This document shows positions 34,139 to 41,500 of a stretch of DNA of 64,000 nt, in pieces. The first letter of the stretch is position 1, and the number at the start of each line of letters is the position of its first letter. The translations under genes and the position numbers were made by a program. Under the pieces are notes generated by a model. The model was not told where the DNA came from, made no database searches, and saw nothing but the letters and a program-made list of their open reading frames with translations. The DNA comes from Coriobacteriia bacterium (lineage in GTDB: Bacteria; Actinomycetota; Coriobacteriia; Coriobacteriales; UBA8131). The stretch covers positions 11,878 to 75,877 of the forward strand of contig WRHL01000001.1 in the NCBI GenBank assembly GCA_009783245.1, given 5' to 3'.

Positions 34139-34843
34139 ATGAGCCCCAACCCCCTGCTGGTTACACAGAACCTCACCAAGAGCTTTGGTTCGACAGTCGC
34201 TTTGAACAACGTCAATATAGCGCTTGAGCCGGGGCGCATCGTTGGCCTTTTGGGCCCCAACGGCAGCGGCAAGACAACGCTTCTCAAGATCGCAAGTGGT
34301 CTGCTTGTCGCCACAAGGGGGCAGATACAGATCAACGGCGTGAAGCCGAGCCCGCAGACCAAGGGCATGGTCAGCTATCTGCCGGACAGGACCTATTTTG
34401 ACAGCTGGATGAAGGTGAAGGACTGCGTGGCGCTTTTCGCGGACTTCTACCAGGACTTCGACCGGACAAAGGCCACCGAGATGCTGCAGGCGCTGGGCAT
34501 CGAAACGGGCAGTACCTTCAAGTCGCTGTCAAAGGGCACGCAGGAGAAGGTGCAGCTGGCTCTGGTCATGAGCCGTAAGGCGCAACTCTACCTGCTGGAC
34601 GAGCCCATTGGCGGCGTTGACCCAGCGGCGCGCGACTTCATTCTGGAGACCATCATCCGCAACTACAATGAGGACGGCACCGTGGTTATCAGCACCCATC
34701 TGATCTACGACATCGAGCAGGTCCTAGATGACGTTATCTTCCTCTGGGGCGGTTATGTTGAGCGTGTGACCAGCGTAGACAGCCTGCGTGAGCAGACCGG
34801 GAAGAGCGTCAATGAGGTATTCAGGGAGGTATTCAGATGTTAG
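34139..34843 (+). CDS. ABC transporter ATP-binding protein
   Basis: Walker A GPNGSGKTT, signature LSKGTQEKV, Walker B LYLLDEP. Abuts the GntR stop. Confidence 0.85.
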   Translation: MSPNPLLVTQNLTKSFGSTVALNNVNIALEPGRIVGLLGPNGSGKTTLLKIASGLLVATRGQIQINGVKPSPQTKGMVSYLPDRTYFDSWMKVKDCVALFADFYQDFDRTKATEMLQALGIETGSTFKSLSKGTQEKVQLALVMSRKAQLYLLDEPIGGVDPAARDFILETIIRNYNEDGTVVISTHLIYDIEQVLDDVIFLWGGYVERVTSVDSLREQTGKSVNEVFREVFRC

Positions 34844-35709
34844 GCAAACTGCTTAAGTACGAGTTCAAGGCAACGGCGCGTATCTTCTTGTTGATGTATG
34901 CAGCGCTGCTTGTTGTGGCTGCGCTCAATGCCGTCGTTGTTCCCTTCAATGGGCGGACATTCATCGCCTTTCTAGACGCACTACCTTTTTTACAGGATAT
35001 CATCACCTCGCTGTCCATCTTGCTCTATGTGCTGCTGATCGTTGCCGTCTTTGTGATGACCGTGGTTGTCATACTCATCCGTTTCTACCGCATGCTCGGC
35101 AACGAGGGCTACCTCTGGTTCACCCTCCCCGTCACAGCCAACCAACACATCATCAGCAAGCTGATCGCTGCGCTTGTATGGTCTGTTGCCAGCTGTGTGG
35201 TGGTGTTACTCAGTGTTCTGCTGCTTACCTTGCCTGCGGGCTGGATCAGCGAGCTCTGGCGTATCCCATGGGCCTGGCAAGAAGTGGTAGGGTTCGGCTT
35301 CAATCCAGGGCTTTGGCTGTTCTGCCTGGTTGCCATCCTCCTGCTGTCGGGCCTGAGCAGCCTGCTTATGTGCTACTCAGCCATGGCCATTGGACCCAAC
35401 CTGACAAAGAGCCGCCTGGGCGGAACCGTGCTCGCGTTCATCATCGTATACTTCGCCGTGCAGATCCTCAGCACCATCCAACTCCTGCTCATCGCAGGGC
35501 CTCTGACCATGGAGGCCCAAAGCATCGCTGCCATCTCATCCAGCATGTATGTGACAGACTTGATAACTGCGCTGAGCCAGATAGCCGGAGCTGTCGACTC
35601 AATGGTGCTCATGACCACCAGTACGTTCTGTGTCGGCTACCTGGTTACGGCCGTGGTGTTCTATATCCTCACCCGCCACTTCATGACCAACAAGCTCAAT
35701 CTGTCATAG
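34837..35709 (+). CDS. ABC-2-type/unknown polytopic membrane protein (permease partner)
   Basis: 290 aa with about 6 hydrophobic helices. 7-nt overlap with the ATPase gene. Confidence 0.55.
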   Translation: MLGKLLKYEFKATARIFLLMYAALLVVAALNAVVVPFNGRTFIAFLDALPFLQDIITSLSILLYVLLIVAVFVMTVVVILIRFYRMLGNEGYLWFTLPVTANQHIISKLIAALVWSVASCVVVLLSVLLLTLPAGWISELWRIPWAWQEVVGFGFNPGLWLFCLVAILLLSGLSSLLMCYSAMAIGPNLTKSRLGGTVLAFIIVYFAVQILSTIQLLLIAGPLTMEAQSIAAISSSMYVTDLITALSQIAGAVDSMVLMTTSTFCVGYLVTAVVFYILTRHFMTNKLNLS

Positions 35710-35732
35710 ACTCTAACGATAAGAACGTTGTC

Positions 35733-35770
35733 GAGGGGAGGGAAGCGGGTTTCCCTCCCCTCCCTCTTTG
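35733..35770 (+). terminator. Intrinsic terminator after the GntR-ABC operon
   Basis: gaggggagggaa-gcgggt-ttccctcccctc followed by cctctttg. Confidence 0.6.
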
Positions 35771-35774
35771 AGGA

Positions 35775-35986
35775 GTCAATGGGGACGGATGTGACAAAGG
35801 GGACGGTTCGGCGAGACAAGGGGACGGGCGAGACATGTGTCAGGGGGACGGTAAGTGTGTCATGGGGTCGTATCTGTTGACACATTCTCTTGAGAATGTG
35901 TCAACAGATACGACCCCATGACACACTGCCCCATGTCGTACCGTCCCCTTTGTCACATCCCCTTTGTCACATCCGTCCCCATTGAC
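35775..35986. repeat. GACAAAGGGGACGG-family composite element (locus R3)
   Basis: Perfect 29-nt outer inverted repeat gtcaatggggacggatgtgacaaagggga (35775-35803) / 35958-35986. Several gacaa(a)ggggacgg half-sites inside, plus the nested palindrome at 35855-35926. Confidence 0.9.
35855..35926. repeat. Second-family ~70-bp palindrome (TGTCATGGGGTCGTATCTGTTGACACATTC), copy 1
   Basis: gtgtgtcatggggtcgtatctgttgacacattctc / gagaatgtgtcaacagatacgaccccatgacacac. Arms are perfectly complementary. Near-identical copy at 48456-48520. Confidence 0.9.
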
Positions 35987-36068
35987 ACTTGTCCTGGCGC
36001 TGCGAGGCGGATTGCTTTATTATACGCAGTTGAGGATATAGCTCCCCTCTGTACCGCCCGGCAGACCT

Positions 36069-36479
36069 TTGAAAGGAACCACCATGACCACCCCTGAACC
36101 CTCCCTTGACCTGTGGCTGCGAGAAGCCAAGGCTGACCCCTGTGCCAAGGACTGCGGCATGTTCCTTGCCCACAACGGCGTGGTGCGCGTCACCCCCAAG
36201 AAGCAGGTACGCGAGGGCATCCAGGGCTTGGGCGAGGTGTGTGCCGTGGATTTCTCCTATGACGCGGCAGGGGTGGACGCAGCCATTGCGGAGGCGCTGA
36301 CCTGGCCGGGCATCTACTATGTGAGGGTCTGGCTGAATGAAGGCACGCTCAAAGTGGGCGACACTATCATGTATGTGCTGATAGGCGCCGACATACGCCC
36401 CAACTGCATAGACGCCCTGCAGAGACTGGTGGGCAAGATAAAGAACGACCTGGTGGTAGAGACAGAGCTCTACGCCTGA
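36069..36479 (+). CDS. Small MoaE-like (molybdopterin synthase large-subunit fold) protein
   Basis: 136 aa. WLREAKADP..GMFLAHNGVVR...IYYVRVWLNEGTLKVGDTIMYVLIGADIRPNCIDALQRLVGKIKN resembles proteins I recall being annotated MoaE in anaerobic Gram-positives. No other Moco genes nearby. Confidence 0.45.
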   Translation: MKGTTMTTPEPSLDLWLREAKADPCAKDCGMFLAHNGVVRVTPKKQVREGIQGLGEVCAVDFSYDAAGVDAAIAEALTWPGIYYVRVWLNEGTLKVGDTIMYVLIGADIRPNCIDALQRLVGKIKNDLVVETELYA

Positions 36480-36481
36480 TG

Positions 36482-37207
36482 CTAGAGCAGGGCGGCGGCT
36501 TCTGTGTCGAGGAACACCGTCACAGCAGGATGTAATTGCAATATGGAGGCAGGGCACTGCGGATCCACATCGCCTTGCAGCATGGCCTTGACCGCCGGGG
36601 CCTTAGCCGCGCCAGTTGCGATGATCATCACCTCGCGCGCCTTCATGATGGAACCTATGCCCATGGTGATGGCCTTTCTCGGCACATCGTCTGCAGAGGC
36701 GAAAAAGCGTTTATTGGCCTCGATGGTGCTCTGTGTGAGGTCCACTATATGGGTGCCAAACGGAAAGACTGCGCTTGGCTCGTTAAAGGCGATATGCCCG
36801 TTGTTTCCTATCCCCAGTATCTGCAGATCTATGCCACCGGCAGCGTCTATGGCTGCGTCATAAGCAGCGCAGTCGCTGTTGGGGTCGGGTGACACGGGAT
36901 ACGGCACCTGGACGTTCTCTGCCTTTATATTGACCTTGGAGAACAGGTTGTCGAACATGAAGCGGTAGTAGCTCTGCTCATGGGAGCGGTCGATGCTCAC
37001 ATATTCATCAAGGTTGAAACTGCGTACCTCGCTGAAGTCGAGCACACCCTGCTCATACAGCTCCACCAGCGCCGCATAGGTGGGCAGCGGAGAAGAGCCG
37101 GTTGCCATACCCAGCACACACGCGGGCTTTTCGATTATCTTGGCGGCGAACAGTGCGCCGGCGGCCTTGCCTATCTGCGCCGCGTTCTCATACACCTGTA
37201 TGTTCAT
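36482..37207 (-). CDS. nagB: Glucosamine-6-phosphate deaminase
   Basis: 241 aa: LGMATGSSPLPTYAALVEL, FNLDEYV, GIGNNGHIAFNEP. Confidence 0.85.
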   Translation of the reverse strand: MNIQVYENAAQIGKAAGALFAAKIIEKPACVLGMATGSSPLPTYAALVELYEQGVLDFSEVRSFNLDEYVSIDRSHEQSYYRFMFDNLFSKVNIKAENVQVPYPVSPDPNSDCAAYDAAIDAAGGIDLQILGIGNNGHIAFNEPSAVFPFGTHIVDLTQSTIEANKRFFASADDVPRKAITMGIGSIMKAREVMIIATGAAKAPAVKAMLQGDVDPQCPASILQLHPAVTVFLDTEAAALL

Positions 37208-37284
37208 AGTAGTGACCTCCTCTATTTGATAGCCCTCTTCATGCAGTATAGCAGAGCCGGGTACCGTCAGCGAAAGTGTAGAAA

Positions 37285-37293
37285 TGGTATAAT
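37285..37293 (+). promoter_or_regulatory. Candidate extended -10 promoter (TGGTATAAT) upstream of the kinase/FHA cluster
   Basis: tggtataat at 37285-37293, about 50 nt before TTG 37345. Weak -35. Confidence 0.4.
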
Positions 37294-37344
37294 TTTTTCA
37301 GCATAATCAGACGTAGAAGACCCTTTATAGAGGAGAAATACCTA

Positions 37345-39147
37345 TTGCTTGAGCCGCTCATCCTCAACCGCTACCGCCCGCTGGAAAGCACCGGCACCGG
37401 CGCTTTCGGCACGGTCGACATCGTCTGGGACACCAGGCTGCAGCGCCGTGTCGCCATCAAGCGTATCCCGCTTTCCGTCAGTGACACCGACCTCCCGGGC
37501 ATTCAGGAGGCCCGCACGGCGGCGCTGCTCAATGACGCGCACATCGTCACCGTATTGGACTTCCAGGTCACCGGCACCGAGGCCCTCATCATCATGGAGT
37601 ACGTCGACGGCCCCAGCCTGGGCACGCTGCTCAAGGAGAGCCCCCAGCTGCTCAGCCTCGATGTCATCGCTACCATCATCGGCGATGTCGCAGCAGCCCT
37701 TGAGTACGCCCATGAGAACCAGGTGCTGCACCTGGACATCAAGCCAGACAATATCCTCATCGACCATCAGGGCCACAGCAAGGTCAGCGATTTTGGCCTC
37801 AGCCAACTCTCCGGCACCGCCGGCTTCGCAGAGCCCCAGGGCGGCACGCTTGGCTACATGCCCCCTGAACAACTCCTGCAACAAGGCGTGGACAACCGCA
37901 CCGACCTCTGGGCGCTGGCATCGCTGCTCTATCAAATGCTCACCGGCACCAGCCCCTTCCACGCGCCCACCATCTTCGAATCCCTCGACCGCATCCTCGC
38001 CGAGCCGCTGCCCCTGCCCTCCACGCTGCGCCCCGAGCTCAACCCCGAGGCGGACGAGATCATCATCCAGGCGCTGCTCGCCGACAAGTGGCAGCGTTTC
38101 GACTCCGTGGCCGACTTCATCGCCCAGGTCAGCTTCTTCCTCGGCAGCGTGAAGGCAGGCCGCAAATGGCTCAAATACCACGTCAACAACCGCGAGCTTG
38201 TCGAGGTGGAAACAACGGATACCTGGCATCAGGAAGACCCGCCACAGCAGTCCTATGACGATACCAACCAGTCGGATCCCCCCGTTGCCCTCCCACCTCC
38301 CTGGGAGCGTCTCTCCCGGCGGACGCAGAATACCCTGGGGCGCCTGATCTCAGCGATTGCCTGCGGCAGTTTCGCCTGCACAGGCATGAGCGGCTTCGAC
38401 CTCTTCCTCGCCTATGACAACCTGCAGACCAACCTCGAGTTCATCCTCCTCATCGTCATTGTCGCGCTTATCGCGCTCGGCGCCTTTCTGGCCCCCCGCC
38501 TGGGCAGCGCCCTGGCCAGTATCATCTTCATCGCCGGGCTCTTCGCCCGAGGGCAGCTTGCCATCGCCATCATCTTCACGTTGCTGCTGGTGGCCTGGTG
38601 GCTGTTCTGCGGCAGAAAGGGCGGCCCTGAGTCTACCTTGCTCATGCTCACACCCCTGCTGGGCTTCCTCTGGCTGGGGTTCGCCCTGCCTTTGCTCGCC
38701 GGTTTCTTCCTGCGCCCGGGGCGCGCCATCCTTACCACAGGCCTCCAGGGCCTGCTGCTCATCACCATCGCTGCGTTATCCGGCGCTGAGACCCTGGCGC
38801 GTACCGCGCTGCTCATCCCGGAGCAGCAGGGCTCGCTTCCCTCTGCCCTGCTCGGTTTCCTCGCAACCCCTCTGCCCTGGATCACGCTGGCGGCCTTCCT
38901 CCTAGCCGCGCTGATCGCCGCCGCGCTTTCGCATCGTGAAAGCAGGTGGAGCCGGGTCCTTGGCGCCCTGCTCGCAACCGCCGTCCTGGCGCTGGGCTGC
39001 CTGGGTTACCAGCTGCTCTTGGGCCTGCCCCTCCTCTTCACAAATCCGACACAAGACGGAATCGGCTTGGTCTTATCGTTTATACTGGTATTTCTTTTAT
39101 CGCTGCTGGGTGTCCGCGCAAGGGACACCTTGCTCAAGGAGGTATAG
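37345..39147 (+). CDS. Ser/Thr protein kinase with polytopic C-terminal membrane domain
   Basis: GTGAFGTV, VAIKRI, HLDIKPDNILI, SDFG, YMPPE. About 330 C-terminal residues with many hydrophobic helices and no PASTA. TTG start 8 nt after AGAGGAG. Confidence 0.85.
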   Translation: MLEPLILNRYRPLESTGTGAFGTVDIVWDTRLQRRVAIKRIPLSVSDTDLPGIQEARTAALLNDAHIVTVLDFQVTGTEALIIMEYVDGPSLGTLLKESPQLLSLDVIATIIGDVAAALEYAHENQVLHLDIKPDNILIDHQGHSKVSDFGLSQLSGTAGFAEPQGGTLGYMPPEQLLQQGVDNRTDLWALASLLYQMLTGTSPFHAPTIFESLDRILAEPLPLPSTLRPELNPEADEIIIQALLADKWQRFDSVADFIAQVSFFLGSVKAGRKWLKYHVNNRELVEVETTDTWHQEDPPQQSYDDTNQSDPPVALPPPWERLSRRTQNTLGRLISAIACGSFACTGMSGFDLFLAYDNLQTNLEFILLIVIVALIALGAFLAPRLGSALASIIFIAGLFARGQLAIAIIFTLLLVAWWLFCGRKGGPESTLLMLTPLLGFLWLGFALPLLAGFFLRPGRAILTTGLQGLLLITIAALSGAETLARTALLIPEQQGSLPSALLGFLATPLPWITLAAFLLAALIAAALSHRESRWSRVLGALLATAVLALGCLGYQLLLGLPLLFTNPTQDGIGLVLSFILVFLLSLLGVRARDTLLKEV

Positions 39148-39150
39148 ATA

Positions 39151-39996
39151 GTGGGAGTCATCTCCAGGTTTGAAGGCGGCCTAGACAGCGCTTTCGATCG
39201 CGCCGCCGGGACGGTGTTCCGTGGCCCCATAGAGCCCGCCCAGATCGCCAAGCGGGCCGAGAAGCAGATGAAGCATGAGAAGCTGGTAGGAGCCGGCGTG
39301 CAATATGCACCCACGCTCTTCACCGTGCTGGTCAACCAGGTCGACAACCACAAACTCTTCAACTTCTATCCCACCATGGCCGCGGAGCTCGAGACCTACC
39401 TGGTCGCCAAAGGCACCCAGGACGGCCTCAAGTTCGACGGGCGCCCACTGGTCCGTTTCATTGTGGACAAGGACCTGAGAAGCGGGAAGTTCGACGTCAT
39501 CGCAGAAAACGTCTCCGCCCCCATCATCAAGAAGCTCCGCAATGAGGAGATGGAGTACTACGGGTTGGTCGAGAAGAGACCCCGCAGGAAAAGGCCCGCC
39601 CCCGAGGTAGACGAGATAGACGAGGCGCCGTTCCGTAACGAGAAGAGCCCGACTCGCCAGGATGCCGCCAAACTCAAGCTTGCGGAGCTTATGGAAACGC
39701 CGGCTGTGCTCAGCCAGGCCCGGCTTTCTGATTTAAGCGCTGGGCAGAGCTATGCCTTCACCACCTCACCTTTGGTCCTGGGTCGCGACAGCTCCTGCGA
39801 CATCCCCATCAAGGACGCAAACATCAGTCGTCGCCATGCAGAGTTCACGCAGGACGCCTTGGGCACCTGGAAGATCTCCGATCTTGGCTCCACCAACGGC
39901 ATCAAACTCAATGGCAGCACCATCACCTCCGCGCTGTTGCGCGACGGCGACCAGATAACCTTTGGCATCACCGTGCTTGAGTTCCGGGATCGCTGA
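39151..39996 (+). CDS. fhaA: FhaA-like protein (DUF3662 N-domain plus C-terminal FHA domain)
   Basis: MGVISRFEGGLDSAFDRAAGTVFRG..EPAQIAKR N-terminus. FHA core GRDSSCDIPIKDANISRRHAEF...DLGSTNGIKLNG. GTG start after AAGGAGG. Confidence 0.8.
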   Translation: MGVISRFEGGLDSAFDRAAGTVFRGPIEPAQIAKRAEKQMKHEKLVGAGVQYAPTLFTVLVNQVDNHKLFNFYPTMAAELETYLVAKGTQDGLKFDGRPLVRFIVDKDLRSGKFDVIAENVSAPIIKKLRNEEMEYYGLVEKRPRRKRPAPEVDEIDEAPFRNEKSPTRQDAAKLKLAELMETPAVLSQARLSDLSAGQSYAFTTSPLVLGRDSSCDIPIKDANISRRHAEFTQDALGTWKISDLGSTNGIKLNGSTITSALLRDGDQITFGITVLEFRDR

Positions 39997-40015
39997 TAGT
40001 GGATGGGGTGCAGCA

Positions 40016-40429
40016 GTGATAGACACCGTGTTATTCGCAGGAAGGATCCTGCTCATCGCGCTGCTTTTCCTGTTCCTGTTTGTGGTCATGCGCACCGGGG
40101 TCGGCCTGGTACGCGGTCAGAACCGCAAGAGTGAGAACTGGATCGTCACTGTCGAACAAGGGCCGCGCGAGCTGCGTGGTGTGAAGATCGCTGTCAACGG
40201 GCCGGTCATTGTAGGGCGTGCCCCGGGAGCAGACATCACGGTTGCCGCCTCCTTTGTCTCGGGGCGCCATGCCCGATTCTCCCGTCTGGCTGAGAACCTC
40301 ATCATCGAGGATCTGGGTTCCACCAACGGCACCACGCTTAACGGCGTCCTGATAAAAGCTCCTGAACAGCTGGAAGAGGGCGATATCGTAGGTATCGGCG
40401 ATGTGACCATGCGGGTGAGCCTGCGATGA
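40016..40429 (+). CDS. fhaB: FhaB/FipA-like membrane-anchored FHA-domain protein
   Basis: GTG 40016 (after the fhaA stop at 39994-39996) gives VIDTVLFAGRILLIALLFLFLFVV (TM), then FHA GRAPGADITVAASFVSGRHARF...DLGSTNGTTLNG. The listed ATG 39962 overlaps fhaA. Confidence 0.75.
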   Translation: MIDTVLFAGRILLIALLFLFLFVVMRTGVGLVRGQNRKSENWIVTVEQGPRELRGVKIAVNGPVIVGRAPGADITVAASFVSGRHARFSRLAENLIIEDLGSTNGTTLNGVLIKAPEQLEEGDIVGIGDVTMRVSLR

Positions 40430-41496
40430 AAGCCCCCGTTGCTAAAAGCCTTTCCGTGGGCTCGCGTACCGACATCGGTTGCGTCAGGGACCACAACGAG
40501 GACAGCCTCCTGGTCAAGGCCCCGCTCTATGTCATCGCTGACGGTATGGGTGGACACGCAGCTGGTGAGATAGCCAGCGAATTGGCCATCAAGACCCTGG
40601 ATGAGGCACAGCTGACCCAACTTGACCCCGATACCCTGCGTCATGCGGTCACCGAGGCGAACAGGCGCGTCATCGACGGCGCCCGCCGTGGCCTGGGTCG
40701 TCATGGCATGGGAACAACGCTTACCGCTGCGCTTATCGAAGGCAACCGGCTTCTCTTGGCGCAGGTTGGCGACTCGCGGGCCTATCTTGTCCACGAGGGA
40801 CAGCTTCGCCAGCTCACCCGCGACCATTCCCTGGTGGGCGAACTGCTTTCCACAGGGAAGATCACCGAAGAAGAGGCCCGCCTCCACCCCAACCGCTCTG
40901 TCATCACGCGCGCACTGGGATCCGATGCCAGTGTACAACCTGACCTGTATGAGATACGCCTGCATGAGGGCGATCGGTTGCTACTCTGTTCAGACGGTCT
41001 CAACACCATGCTCGATGACACAGAGATCGAGGAGCTTCTGCAGTATTACCCCGACTCGCAAGAGGCTGCGGATGCGCTGATAGTAGCGGCGAACAATGCC
41101 GGCGGCTTTGACAATACCACGGTCATCGTCATCAACGTCGACCAGCTCGGTCAGCAGGCTGCCGCCAAGCAGAAGAAGCGCTTCAAATGGGGGATCCTCT
41201 CCTTTGTGGTCGTCTTTGTCCTACTTGTGGGCGCAAGCATGGGAGGCGTGTACAGTTATGCGCGCAATGTGGCCTTCCTCATTGACGAGGAGGGTTATGT
41301 GGCGGTCTATCGCGGCCTTCCCGGTGACTTCATGGGCGTTGAGCTGAAGTGGCTGGAGCACAAGACCACCATCAAGGTCGACTCGCTGAACCCAACCACG
41401 GTTGGCGAACTCAAAAGTGGGATCCGCCTGGGTTCCCTGGATGAAGCTGAACGTATAGTCACCCAGTACGAGGAACAACAGCGGAAGAAACGGTGA
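40426..41496 (+). CDS. pstP: PP2C-family Ser/Thr phosphatase with C-terminal TM segment
   Basis: NEDS..., ADGMGGHAAGEIAS, LLCSDGL, GGFDNTTVIV. TM helix WGILSFVVVFVLLVGASMGGV. ATGA overlap with fhaB. Confidence 0.85.
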   Translation: MKAPVAKSLSVGSRTDIGCVRDHNEDSLLVKAPLYVIADGMGGHAAGEIASELAIKTLDEAQLTQLDPDTLRHAVTEANRRVIDGARRGLGRHGMGTTLTAALIEGNRLLLAQVGDSRAYLVHEGQLRQLTRDHSLVGELLSTGKITEEEARLHPNRSVITRALGSDASVQPDLYEIRLHEGDRLLLCSDGLNTMLDDTEIEELLQYYPDSQEAADALIVAANNAGGFDNTTVIVINVDQLGQQAAAKQKKRFKWGILSFVVVFVLLVGASMGGVYSYARNVAFLIDEEGYVAVYRGLPGDFMGVELKWLEHKTTIKVDSLNPTTVGELKSGIRLGSLDEAERIVTQYEEQQRKKR

Positions 41497-41500
41497 GTCG

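Noticed and set aside
36479-36482. Missing terminator between convergent MoaE-like and nagB genes (stops only 2 nt apart) as a possible mis-annotation
   Set aside because: Both ORFs have coherent family-like sequences up to their stops. Convergent abutting genes are plausible, so there is no basis to alter either call.
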